A stretch of DNA of 63,100 bases, the filler included, from Methanobacteriota archaeon (lineage in GTDB: Archaea > JACRDV01): the NCBI GenBank assembly GCA_024860865.1. It is 7 parts of 7 records of this genome, joined end to end, with 100 filler letters (N's around TTAATTAATTAA, not from the genome) between each part and the next. Parts side by side here need not be neighbours in the genome. Positions count along the whole stretch, not along the records: positions 1 to 5,784 come from JACRDV010000072.1; positions 5,885 to 12,025 come from JACRDV010000074.1; 5 more parts are not named here. One strand, 5' to 3'. This document shows, piece by piece, positions 1 to 10,520 of this stretch (positions are counted from its first letter, which is position 1; each line of letters starts with the position of its first letter). Under the pieces are notes generated by a model. It was not told the origin of the DNA. It saw only the letters and a program-made list of their open reading frames with translations, and searched no databases. The position numbers and the translations under genes were made by a program.

Positions 1-311
1 CCCCATAATTTCATGTGGAATCCAAATAATTTCGGATATTTTCCAATAGAAACATAACTAAAGTTACACTAAAAACAAGTAAAAACCATCATTGCACAGG
101 AAATATAGGGGTGCGCACATAACTAAAGTTACGCTAAAATGCAAAGGTTAATTTTTCACATAGAGAGACCCAATGATAACAACGAGAAAAACTCTTCTCT
201 ACACAGAGAATTTTGTTTTTAAGAAATTAAGAAGCGCGAGTTATTCTTAAAAAGGCTTTTCCACCCCTTTCAAAACAAAATGTCACTAGTCTCCAGTTGA
301 AATAAAGGGGT
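1..311. promoter_or_regulatory. oriC: Replication origin (oriC) with ORB elements
   Basis: ORB-like boxes TTCCACATGAAATTATGGGG (minus, 1-20), TTCCAATAGAAAC (41-53), TTGCACAGGAAATATAGGGG (92-111) and CTCCAGTTGAAATAAAGGGG (291-310), with AT-rich spacers, directly upstream of cdc6. Confidence 0.85.
52..139 (+). repeat. 23-bp direct repeat pair in the origin
   Basis: ACATAACTAAAGTTAC(A/G)CTAAAA at 52-74 and 117-139, one mismatch; core TAACT-AA-AGTTA is palindromic. Confidence 0.85.
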
Positions 312-397
312 TAAAATGGTAAACCGTAATTAAGATATAATGCCTTTCTTCCAATGATTCTTTTGCAACACATCCAACTAATTTTTGGAGGATAAAC

Positions 398-1624
398 TTG
401 GCAACGCTTCAACAAACATTAGATGGTGTTGGATTATTTGAGTCAATTCTTAAAACAACGCCGATATTTAAGAATAAAGAAGCGCTGAGGCATTCTTATA
501 CCCCTTCTGACCTCCCTCATAGAGGAGAGCAAACCAATAGGCTTGCAACAATTTTAGCTGCAGCCTTGCGGGGTGAAACGCCATCAAATATACTAATTTA
601 TGGGAAAACAGGCACCGGAAAGACCCTAGTTACTAAATTTGTCGCAAAGGAGTTGGAAAAAACCGGAGAAAAGATCGGAGTACCAGCCACAACTATTTAC
701 ATGAATTGCGAAGTTGTGGACACCCATTACAGGGTTTTGGCTCAATTAGCTAACACTTTGTATGGACAAGAAGTAGTACCATTCACTGGGTGGCCAACAG
801 ATCAGGTTTTCCAGGCCTTTTTTGACATCGCAGATAAGAAAAAACAGGTCATAGTGGTAATATTTGATGAAATCGATAAAATTGTTAAAAAGAGCTCAGA
901 CGAAGTTTTGTATAATCTAACTAGAATAAACACAGACCTAAAAAATGCAAGAGTTAGCATAGTAGGTATTTCTAACGACCTGCGTTTTACCGATTTCTTG
1001 GATCCTAGGGTTTTAAGCAGCTTAGGGCAAGAAGAGATAGTATTTCCGCCCTACGAAGCTGACCAGCTAAAGGATATTTTGACCCAAAGAGCAATACTTG
1101 CGTTTACGGATGGGGTTTTGGATGAAACGGTAATCCCGCTCTGCGCCGCATTTGCAGCAAGAGAACACGGTGATGCGCGAAGAGCACTAGATTTGCTCAG
1201 AGTAGCAGCTGAGCTTGCAGAACTCGGAGGAGCTGATAAGGTAACTGAGGCCCACGTTCGATCAGCAAAAGAAAAAATTGAGCAAGATAGAGTTATTGAA
1301 GTAGTAAGGACATTGCCCTCCCAATCAAAACTAGTTTTGTACAGCATAATCTTGCTAGAAGAGCGAGGCAACGGAGGAGTAATCACTGGTGATGTGTATA
1401 ACATGTATCGCGAGCTATCTAGAAGAGCTCCAATGGACATTTTGACTCAGCGTAGAGTTAGCGATTTGATTTCAGAACTTGATATGCTTGGAATAATCAA
1501 TGCAGCTGTAATTTCAAAGGGAAGGTATGGTCGAACAAAGGAAATTACTTTAGGGGTTCCGATCACGAGAATAAAAGAACTTCTAGAAAAAGAACTTTCA
1601 TTTTCTAACTCTAACCTGTTCTGA
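398..1624 (+). CDS. cdc6: Orc1/Cdc6 replication initiator
   Basis: Walker A GKTGTGKT, DEID, HGDARRALDLL, C-terminal wHTH SKGRYGRT; GGAGG RBS before TTG. Confidence 0.97.
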   Translation: MATLQQTLDGVGLFESILKTTPIFKNKEALRHSYTPSDLPHRGEQTNRLATILAAALRGETPSNILIYGKTGTGKTLVTKFVAKELEKTGEKIGVPATTIYMNCEVVDTHYRVLAQLANTLYGQEVVPFTGWPTDQVFQAFFDIADKKKQVIVVIFDEIDKIVKKSSDEVLYNLTRINTDLKNARVSIVGISNDLRFTDFLDPRVLSSLGQEEIVFPPYEADQLKDILTQRAILAFTDGVLDETVIPLCAAFAAREHGDARRALDLLRVAAELAELGGADKVTEAHVRSAKEKIEQDRVIEVVRTLPSQSKLVLYSIILLEERGNGGVITGDVYNMYRELSRRAPMDILTQRRVSDLISELDMLGIINAAVISKGRYGRTKEITLGVPITRIKELLEKELSFSNSNLF

Positions 1625-1691
1625 ATTTTTTGTTTTGAAATCTAACTTCATCTTAGACAAGTTTAAGAGTTTAACGATAAAAGAAAAAAAT

Positions 1692-3200
1692 ATGTCATCG
1701 CTTGATGCGCAAGAAAAAATCTTAACCACATTTCTCAGCGCTGGATTTCAGCTTCACCCTGAAGCTTTGAGCCATCTTCTTACCAACCTAAATTTAAATG
1801 AAGTAGCAGAGAAACTTATAAAGAATTTGAATACGATGCAAGAAAAACCCATTGTGCTTACAAAAGATATAGTTGAAACAATACTAAATGAGCAATTTAA
1901 GCCAACAATAACAATTCAAGAGAGCTCAAGTAGCTTTGAACCACTGGCAAAAAAAGTTGAGCCAAGAATTGAAGTGCTCGAAAAAGAAAAGCCAAAATAC
2001 TCCACAAAAGGGACAATTGAAGACTTTATTAAATATTTTAATAACAGGTATGAGAAAATAAAAAAAATTTTACTTGAACACACTAACTTGCGCGATGCAA
2101 GCACAATTTCAGGCCTAAAGGCACTTCAAAATTCAACTCCTGTTAAAATAATTGGATTAATAAGCAATATTCGAACAACAGCAAAAGGAAATAAACTATT
2201 AGAAATTGAAGACCAAACAGGAAAAATTACAGTTCTAATTTCAAATGACTCTGAAGAAGCCCAAGAAAAAGCCAAGCATGTTATATTAGACGAGGTAATT
2301 GGCATTGAAGGAACAGTAGCAAGAAATGGCGAGCTTCTAATTGCAAAAGACATAATTTGGCCAGACACCCCAGTTAAAAAAGAACAAACTAAAGCCGAAG
2401 ATCCAATTTGCATTGGATTGCTTTCCGACTTGCACGTAGGAAGTAAAATGTTTCTAAAGAAAGAGTTTGAGCGTTTTTTAAAATGGTTAAATACTGGTTT
2501 TGGAAACCCAAAACAAAAAGAACTCGCAAGCCGGATTAAATACTTGATCATTGCTGGAGACTTAGTGGATGGAGTCGGTGTTTATCCAGACCAAGAAAAA
2601 GAGCTTGAAATTTCTGACATTCACCAGCAATATATTGAAGTTGCAAAATTATTGGAACAGATCCCAGATTACATTGAAATAATTATCACACCTGGTAATC
2701 ACGATGCTATTAGGATAGCCGAGCCGCAGCCTCCGCTACCAAGAGATATAGCAGCCCCTTTGTTTGAATTAGACAATGTTCATATGCTTGGGAACCCAGC
2801 GCGGGTAAATATACATGGCTTTAAAACTTTAATTTATCATGGGCGCAGCCTAGACGATATAACTTCAGCAATCTCAGGGTTATCTTTATCTCAGCCTGAA
2901 CTAGCGATGGTTGAGCTTTTAAAAAGAAGGCACTTAGCTCCTATTTATGGTGAACGAGCGCTTATTGCACCAGAAGCCGAAGATCTTTTAGTAATTGATG
3001 AAATCCCAGATATATTTCAGGCAGCACACGCCCATACAGTTGGATTAACTAACTACAGAGGAGTTATAACTGTAAACTCTGGTGCATGGCAATCTCAAAC
3101 AGCATATCAAAAAACACAAGGATTAACTCCCACACCTGCTCGTTTGCCCATTGTAGACTTACAATCCTTAAAAACAACAATTTTAAGATTTGGTGCTTAA
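1692..3200 (+). CDS. polB: DNA polymerase D small (proofreading) subunit DP1
   Basis: OB domain, SDLHVGS, AGDLVDG, PGNHD, HGRS and AHAH phosphoesterase motifs; ATG 1692 preferred over TTG 1635. Confidence 0.96.
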   Translation: MSSLDAQEKILTTFLSAGFQLHPEALSHLLTNLNLNEVAEKLIKNLNTMQEKPIVLTKDIVETILNEQFKPTITIQESSSSFEPLAKKVEPRIEVLEKEKPKYSTKGTIEDFIKYFNNRYEKIKKILLEHTNLRDASTISGLKALQNSTPVKIIGLISNIRTTAKGNKLLEIEDQTGKITVLISNDSEEAQEKAKHVILDEVIGIEGTVARNGELLIAKDIIWPDTPVKKEQTKAEDPICIGLLSDLHVGSKMFLKKEFERFLKWLNTGFGNPKQKELASRIKYLIIAGDLVDGVGVYPDQEKELEISDIHQQYIEVAKLLEQIPDYIEIIITPGNHDAIRIAEPQPPLPRDIAAPLFELDNVHMLGNPARVNIHGFKTLIYHGRSLDDITSAISGLSLSQPELAMVELLKRRHLAPIYGERALIAPEAEDLLVIDEIPDIFQAAHAHTVGLTNYRGVITVNSGAWQSQTAYQKTQGLTPTPARLPIVDLQSLKTTILRFGA

Positions 3201-5784
3201 TTTGAGCGCAGAGAGTCCGGAGACAGAGGCCTATCTTAAAAGCATTGAGGAAGAAGTTGAGAAAGCATATAAAGCCGCACAAATTGCACGCCAGCAGTGT
3301 AAAGATCCTGAGCCTGATGTTGAAATTTCATTAGCAGCAGATCTTGCTTCTAGAGTTGAAGGTCTTTTAGGTTTTAAAGGCGTTGCTGAAAAAATTCGAG
3401 AGTTTAATACAAACTTCTCACGTGAAGAAGTTGCACTAAAAATTGCAGAAGAAATAGCAGCTGGAAAAATCGGAACATTTGAAGATAAAGAGAAAGCAAT
3501 TGAATGCGCAATCAGAATTGCACTTGCAATTTTAACAGAAGCAGTAGTTGCGGCACCAATTGAAGGGATATCAAGAGTAAAAATTAAAGAAAATTCAGAT
3601 CGCACAAAATATCTTGCAGTTTATTTTGCCGGGCCGATTAGGTCTGCTGGTGGAACTGCTGAAGCATTTACAGTTTTGGTTGGAGATAAACTAAGACAAT
3701 TATTAAATTTAGATCGATATAAGCCAAGTGAAAAAGAAATTGAACGATATGTCGAAGAAGTTGAATTATACGAAACTGAAGCTGCACATCTACAGTATCC
3801 TTCAACTCCAGATGAAATTCGATTTGCTGTGAAAAACCTTCCAATAGAAATTACTGGCGAACCTACTGACAAAATTGAAGTAACCGGTTATAGAGATTTA
3901 GAAAGAGTCGAAACAAACCAAGTCCGTGGCGGAGCAATTCTTGTTTTAGTTGAAGGAGTTTTATCAAAAGCAACTAAAATAGCAAAGCTTGCTGAAGAGT
4001 TGAAACTCGAGGGCTGGAGTTGGATAAAGGAGTTGGCACAAAAACGAGTTGAAAAAAAATCTACAAAAGAGCCGATTACGCCGAAGTACTTAGAAGATGT
4101 AATTGGGGGGCGTCCAATTCTCGCCTATCCAAATCAGCCAGGGGGCTTTAGGTTAAGATATGGGCGCTGCAGGAACTCGGGCTTAGCTGCCCAATCAATC
4201 CATCCAGCGACCATGGTTATTTTAGATGAGTTCATTGCTGTTGGCACTCAAATTAAAACAGAGCGCCCTGGTAAAGCAGCAGCCATCGTTCCTTGCGACA
4301 CAATCGAAGGGCCGATTGTAAAACTAAAAACAGGCGATGTCATTTATGTTAATACCTTAGAAGAAGCATATAAACTCAAAGACCAGGTTGCTGAAATATT
4401 ATTTTTAGGGGATATTTTAATCTCTTATGGGGAATTTCTTGAAAACAATCACCCATTAATGCCGTCTGGTTACAGCGAAGAGATTTGGCAACAAGAACTA
4501 GAAAAAGTTGCTAAGCAGTCAAATACATTGGATGTTTATCAAATTAAAATGTACATTGAAGATTCAATAAAAAATGTACCAACTGCACAAGAAGCAATAC
4601 AACTTTCTGAAAAATTCAGGATACCTCTGCATCCGCGGTATACTTATTATTGGCACGATATTTCAGCTGAAAGTATCCTTAAGTTAGTTGATTGGATTGT
4701 AAGCGGTGAGTTCTCAGACTCAACACTTAAGTTGCCAATATCAGAAGAAAAAAAGCTACTTGAAATGCTTGGGATTCCGCACAAAATTTCCAATAATTTA
4801 GTTGCCCTAGATTCAAATGAAAGCCAAATTTTGTTAAGATGTTTAGGTTTAGACGAAAAACTATCAAAACAAAGGTTTGAAGAGGTTTATACCAGCAGAA
4901 GTTGGGCAGATCCAGTTGAGTTAGTTTCAGCTTTAGCAGGGTTTTCAGTTCGCAAAAAAGCTCCTACTAAAATTGGAGCGCGAATGGCCAGGCCTGAAAA
5001 GGCTAACATGCGAATGATGAAACCAGCACCGCATTTTTTGTTCCCGCTTGGATGGGCTGGGGGCAAAACTAGGAATACGATAAAAGCAACGAAAAACGGC
5101 ACAATTACCGTTGATATAGTTTACAGAAAATGTCCAATTTGCAAAAAAACAACTTTTAAACCAAAGTGCATTTGCGGTGGACGGACGAGAATTACATCTC
5201 CATCTCATAAAGACCAAGGGTTGCTGATTAAAGACTTGCTAGAAGAGGCAGCTAAAAACATACATGAAAATATACCGGAAGAAATTAAAGGAGTAGTTGG
5301 ATTAATTAGTCGAGATAAAGTTCCAGAGCCACTTGAAAAAGGAATTTTGCGAGCAAAGTATGATTTACACGTTTTTCGAGACGGAACAATTCGATTTGAT
5401 GCTACAAATCTTCCGCTCACTCATTTTAGACCATCTGAAATCAAAACTGATGTTGAAAAACTTAAACAATTAGGTTACCGGACAGATTGCTATGGGAAAC
5501 CTCTCTTAAACGGAGATCAGATTATAGAATTAAAACAGCAAGATTTAGTAATTCCTGAAAAGGGTGGAGAATGCCTAGTTAAAATTACAAAGTTTATTGA
5601 TGAAATGTTGGCGAAATTTTATAATTTGTCACCTTATTACAACGTTAATAAAATTGAAGATTTAGTTGGGCATTTAGTTGTTGGATTAGCACCACATACC
5701 TCAGTTGGAGTTATTGGGAGAATAATTGGTTTTACAAGAGCCGATGCTTGTTTTGCGCATCCATACTTTCATGCTGCGAAAAGA
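3190..5784 (+). CDS. polC: DNA polymerase D large subunit DP2, 3'-truncated by contig end
   Basis: AGPIRSAGGT, GGFRLRYGR, EPLEKGILRAK, LAPHTS, HPYFHAAKR; real start may be TTG 3202. Confidence 0.97.
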
Positions 5785-5884
5785 NNNNNNNNNNNNNNNN
5801 NNNNNNNNNNNNNNNNNNNNNNNNNNNNTTAATTAATTAANNNNNNNNNNNNNNNNNNNNNNNNNNNNNNNNNNNNNNNNNNNN
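5785..5884. other. Artificial contig linker
   Basis: N-run + TTAATTAATTAA + N-run, 100 nt. Confidence 0.98.
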
Positions 5885-6242
5885 AACCATAAAAAATGAA
5901 ATGGATGCCTCAACAACAACTGCCACAGGCGCTAATAACCCGCACAACAGCTCTTCTAATATAGCCTCCGCCACCTGCAAAAGATGCCACGGCAGCCTTA
6001 GTTTTGCAGTGAATAAAACTGCAAGCTCTACAGATACTCAAGTAGATTATTACATTACAACGCATAAGTCTCCTCCATCCCCTAGCAATATTAATATTAA
6101 CAGGAGCCAATCCTGGTGCCCGAACTGCCATGGAAATCCCAAAAAAGTCACAACAGTATCAACATACACCAATATTTTGAGCGGAAATGCTCACTCACCA
6201 CTGGTAAGCGGAGCTAACAATGAAACTAGATCTTTGGGTTGC
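5885..6242 (+). repeat. Inverted repeat, left arm (pairs with 8670-9027)
   Basis: Manual ungapped alignment: 358 bp, about 28 mismatches. Confidence 0.93.
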
Positions 6243-6425
6243 TTTGTATGTCATGTTGGTATAAATACAACAATTACAGTCAAGAAGCAATTGAAAGTTC
6301 TCAACGTTACTGCTTGGATCAACACTACAGCTAGTCCAGAAGGTTGGAATGTAACAAAACAAGCAGGAGTAGCACGTAATACAACTGGTTATATTGTGCT
6401 TGTAGGCAAAGTCAAACAAAGTTAG
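5885..6425 (+). CDS. Extracellular multiheme c-type cytochrome, 5'-truncated paralog of 8511-9173
   Basis: CKRCH, CPNCH, CFVCH; many N-x-S/T sequons; frame open to the contig edge. Confidence 0.88.
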
Positions 6426-6461
6426 AAAAACTTATCTTAAGATTTTTTTCTATTATTTTCT

Positions 6462-7109
6462 ATGCACAGAAAAATTATTTTTTTTATAATTCTTACGGTC
6501 AATCTAATTTTGTGCTCCAATATTATAAGTGGGGCCCGATATAGCCCCACTCTAAAAGGTTATTGCAATAATTGCCATATAATCCTCCTAGGAGAACAAG
6601 GTGATATACATCAGATCCATTATTTTGGATCGCCACTAATGGAGGCCCGTGATCCTGGGAGGAGAATACCTTGCATTGGTTGTCACCAAATCGGCACAAA
6701 AATACAAGCTCAAGGTATTGCGTGCCATAATCCTGGTCTTATAGATAGTGTTCATAAAAAAACTTGCCTGATTTGTCATAAGCGCATGTTAAACACTGAA
6801 AATGAAAGTGCCATTCACGCAATCCATGCTAAAAAGGAATGTGTTCTATGCCACAGAGAGCCGGCAAAACCATCTTCTGAATGTACGAGTTGCCATGGAA
6901 ATGATCATCACAGAGTCCACCAACGCGTTGTAGATAAAATTTGTGTTAAATGTCATGGCGAAATTGAGAAGGCATATATAAACATATCAACCTTTGAGCA
7001 AACCCAAAAAAATGTGACCGCATATAAATTAAAATCCACTTTGGCGAAGAAGTTCTCATATGTAAAAAAACTAATAAAAAGTATATTAGATAAGTTCTTA
7101 GTGTACTAA
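6462..7109 (+). CDS. Secreted multiheme c-type cytochrome (6 CxxCH)
   Basis: Signal peptide; CNNCH, CIGCH, CLICH, CVLCH, CTSCH, CVKCH plus many additional His. Confidence 0.9.
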   Translation: MHRKIIFFIILTVNLILCSNIISGARYSPTLKGYCNNCHIILLGEQGDIHQIHYFGSPLMEARDPGRRIPCIGCHQIGTKIQAQGIACHNPGLIDSVHKKTCLICHKRMLNTENESAIHAIHAKKECVLCHREPAKPSSECTSCHGNDHHRVHQRVVDKICVKCHGEIEKAYINISTFEQTQKNVTAYKLKSTLAKKFSYVKKLIKSILDKFLVY

Positions 7110-7171
7110 TCAATTTCAAATCTTATTCCAAAAAAGCAAAAAAGATAATTGTTTCTAATATTAGTAAGATT

Positions 7172-7849
7172 ATGCCAAAAATTGATCGGTTAGTTTTGCT
7201 TGAAATCGCTGTAGGTATAATGATACTTGGAATTTCATTAGTTAGTTTTAGTAATACATACCAAAGATTTGGACAAGGTCTTGGATATGGACATGGTGAA
7301 TTAGTTCCCATTGAGAAAATCGAAGAAAAATGGTATTCTGCTTTCATGCAAACATTTAGATCATTGTTCTTGGCTTTTATTAGTGGTTTAATTTTGATGC
7401 ACGGGATTTTATCCCTTCGAGCCCCAAAGACAGAAGTGCTTTCACCAGAAGAAGTTCCAACAGAGGAACCTATCAAATTAGTTTGGAATAATCAAACAAT
7501 CCTGTTAGAACTCTTTCGAGACTTAGCTCCTAAGACATGTAGTATGATATTGAGCTCACTTCCATTTGAATCGGAGATAAATGAGTTAGAAAATGGGATA
7601 TGTTTTAGAATAAGCGAGACAATGAGTTTGAAATTTCTGGTCGTAAAAATTGAACCTGAGAACCAAAGGCTCTTGGTAAAAGCTGGCGATGTGGGTTACT
7701 CTCCAGTAACAGAATCAATCTACATTTTCTATGGGAAAGCCCAATCTGTGCTTCCGCTCAATATATTTGCAAAGGTTAAAGGGTAAGTAGAAGTTTTTCA
7801 AAGAATGTTTAGTGGTGACGAAATTCAACTTAGAAAGTATCACGAATAA
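7172..7849 (+). pseudogene. 2-TM protein fused to a cyclophilin-like (DUF369-type) domain, with in-frame TAA near the C-terminus
   Basis: APKT...LPFES, KAGDVGY, IFYG motifs; TAA 7784-7786, frame continues VEVFQRMFSGDEIQLRKYHE to 7849. Confidence 0.6.
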
Positions 7850-8020
7850 CTCTTAGTTTTTTAATTGAAATTAAGCAAATTTAAATATTTATTCTTTTGA
7901 GTTCTTGAATAAAAATCTAAAACAAAACGTTCGAAATACTTTTTTCTAAAGATATAATCTAAAAAAATTTAACTTCAATAATAAAACTTTGAAATGGAAA
8001 TTCTTTCTATCAACAGTTAA

Positions 8021-8509
8021 TTAGCTTAAGAATGTAACATTAACTGCAATTGATGTGTGGCAACCTAAACAGCCAAAATTTAATGTCCGATTATTTTTTC
8101 CTGAGGCATTGAAGGGTTTGTGAATACCGCTTCTTATACCGCCCCATCCTCTAGTGGAATATGGGCTAGTACTATTATAACCTGGAAAATATGTTGCGTT
8201 ATGGCATTTTGTGCAATTAATGTAGCTTGCATTATGGCCGCTAACTGAACCGTATTTGATATGACACTCACGGCACTGGGTATTATTGGCCTTATTTGAT
8301 ATTTGTTTATAAGCAATGTGAGGCCAATTAACTGTCTGATTTGAACTGTCTATCTCATTTACTATATACTTATGGCAGGCGGTACATTTTGGCATTTTAT
8401 ACCAAGTATGAGCTCCAACGTAGTGTGGAAAACTAACTGGTAAGAAAAGTACTAGCAACAAAATTATTGATAGAAGTATTAAAATGCTAATGAGGATTTT
8501 TCTATCCAT
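8021..8509 (-). CDS. Tetraheme c-type cytochrome, nanowire-subunit-like
   Basis: N-terminal hydrophobic segment, YVGAHTWY, CTACH, CRECH, CTKCH, CLGCH-TSIAVNVTF; ATG 8509. Confidence 0.9.
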   Translation of the reverse strand: MDRKILISILILLSIILLLVLFLPVSFPHYVGAHTWYKMPKCTACHKYIVNEIDSSNQTVNWPHIAYKQISNKANNTQCRECHIKYGSVSGHNASYINCTKCHNATYFPGYNSTSPYSTRGWGGIRSGIHKPFNASGKNNRTLNFGCLGCHTSIAVNVTFLS

Positions 8510-8510
8510 T

Positions 8511-9173
8511 TTAACCCGCTTTGTCAGAACCTGAGACAGATACATTAAATGAATAGGGATTGGTTGGGGTAATATTTAGCATCTTTGTGCTGCGGCTATA
8601 TGTCATGTTTAACTTTTGGTATACGTTACGAAATGTTATATTGAGTTTAATACCGGTGTGACAACCCATGCAACCCAAAGATCTAGTTTCATTGTTAGCT
8701 CCGCTTACCAGTGGTGAGTGAGCATTTCCGCTCAAAATATTGGTGTATGTTGATACTGTTGTGACTTTTTTGGGATTTCCATGGCAGTATGGGCACCATG
8801 CTTGGCTCCTGTTAATAGTAATATTGCTAGGGGATGGAGGAGACTTATGCGTTGCAATATAGTAATCAACCTGGGCATCAGTTGATTTATTGGTCTTATT
8901 TACAGCCGAACTAAAGCTTCCGTGGCATCTTTTGCAGGTGGCTGAGGCTATATTAGAAGAGCTGTTGTGCGGGTTATTAGCGCCTGTGGCAGTTGTTGTT
9001 GAGGCATCCATTTCATTTTTTATGGTTGTATGGCAGAGTGCACAATCTGGTTGTTCATACAAAGTATGTGAACTAATATAGCGACTAATGGCGGGTACTA
9101 ATGAAAAAATAAAAGCAATTACTAGAGCCAGAAGTATTGCTACTAAAATTGATCTTCTGATATTTTTACGAAT
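8511..9173 (-). CDS. Tetraheme c-type cytochrome, nanowire-subunit-like; start uncertain
   Basis: CALCH, CKRCH, CPYCH, CMGCH; frame extends upstream of TTG 9062 through IRKNIRRSILVAILLALVIAFIFSLVPAISRYISSHT. Confidence 0.88.
   Translation of the reverse strand: MRKNIRRSILVAILLALVIAFIFSLVPAISRYISSHTLYEQPDCALCHTTIKNEMDASTTTATGANNPHNSSSNIASATCKRCHGSFSSAVNKTNKSTDAQVDYYIATHKSPPSPSNITINRSQAWCPYCHGNPKKVTTVSTYTNILSGNAHSPLVSGANNETRSLGCMGCHTGIKLNITFRNVYQKLNMTYSRSTKMLNITPTNPYSFNVSVSGSDKAG
8670..9027 (-). repeat. Inverted repeat, right arm (pairs with 5885-6242)
   Basis: Reverse complement matches the left arm. Confidence 0.93.
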
Positions 9174-9359
9174 GTTTAACCATCCCTTTAATTTATTAAC
9201 TTACATTTTTTTACATTAAAAATATCTATAATTTACTAATTAAAAATCAGAAAGCTATCCCGTAGGTATAAGTATTTTAAAACTAGAAAAACTTAGAATT
9301 TCAGTTCTAAAAAATTTTATCTAATAATCTAACACTCTTTTTTATCTAATGAACCAAAA

Positions 9360-10325
9360 TCAGATTTTTTTACTTATTTTCCTGCGTCCTCCTACTTTTC
9401 TCCGTATTTTTTCCTCTTTTATCGAAGAGATTTCTTTTTTAAGCTTCTCTAGTTCCTGAGAAAAGTTAGCAACCGCCTGCTTGAAAGTTAACTCTGGAGT
9501 TAAGGTTTTACTCGCCATTTCAGCTAGCCCGTCCGCCTTCTCCTTTAAAGCAGATAATTCACCTATAGATGTATCTAAACGAAGGTTAATTCTATTCACT
9601 TTATCCTCAAGTTTACTGATTTCAGATGCTAATAATGTTTTAATCGTTTTTTCATTAATTGATGGAGTGCTTGGAGCTTTTTCACTTAATGTTTTAATTT
9701 CACTTTTTATTGCATTAATTTCTGGCTTTATTTTCCAAAGTTCTTGCAGTTTTTTGAACTCAGCTGGGTCTATCGGAATTTTTCCTTCGGTTATAGTTGC
9801 TAGATCTTTTAATTTTTCCAACTCATCCCTTAAAACTGTAACTTCCCGTAATAGAAATTTGTAAGAATCGGTAAGTTCTTTAGTGCTTTCTGGTGAGAAA
9901 ATAGATAGACCTGCAACTCGAGCTTTCAGTTCATCATATGCTTTTCTTAAGGCTCGAGTTTCTTCCTCGAGCGACTCAATTGAATTGGTCGCTGTTACAA
10001 ATTTGCTTACATAAGTTTCTTTAATCTCCTCAGCCATATCCAAGGCTCGTTTAAGTTGGGCTTGAATATATGGAGATGTTCTTAGAAATTCTGCAATTTG
10101 ATTAGTTATTCCCGCTGTCTTTAATTCTTCAATTCGTATAATAATTTCCTGGTTCGATTTCAGCAATTGATCAAAATCAGCTACTTTTTTCTCAGTGGAC
10201 CAAACTCTGTCTCTTACTTGTCCAACTTCCAAGACCAATTTTTTTCGCACATACAGAAACAAAAATATTATCAAAATGATACATGTGCCTGCGGAAATTA
10301 AAGATACTAATATTAGAAGCTCCAT
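9360..10325 (-). CDS. Membrane-anchored long coiled-coil protein
   Basis: N-terminal TM, heptad-rich body, basic tail. Confidence 0.75.
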   Translation of the reverse strand: MELLILVSLISAGTCIILIIFLFLYVRKKLVLEVGQVRDRVWSTEKKVADFDQLLKSNQEIIIRIEELKTAGITNQIAEFLRTSPYIQAQLKRALDMAEEIKETYVSKFVTATNSIESLEEETRALRKAYDELKARVAGLSIFSPESTKELTDSYKFLLREVTVLRDELEKLKDLATITEGKIPIDPAEFKKLQELWKIKPEINAIKSEIKTLSEKAPSTPSINEKTIKTLLASEISKLEDKVNRINLRLDTSIGELSALKEKADGLAEMASKTLTPELTFKQAVANFSQELEKLKKEISSIKEEKIRRKVGGRRKISKKI

Positions 10326-10520
10326 AGAAATCCTTTCTAAAACAAATATTACTCAACTAGAAGCTTTTATTTATTTTGTCATTTGAACGTCGAAACAGCT
10401 TAAAATGGTCAATTTTTGCATCTACGAATGTAAAATTACTTAGATAAGCGCTCATTACAAAACTCTCTGGATCAGAATTCTCTCTTTAAAAATTATTAAC
10501 ATTGATAGGTTCCTATTGAT

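Noticed and set aside
5885-9027. Diversity-generating retroelement TR/VR pair
   Set aside because: Mismatches are not adenine-specific, many are synonymous, and no reverse transcriptase is in the window
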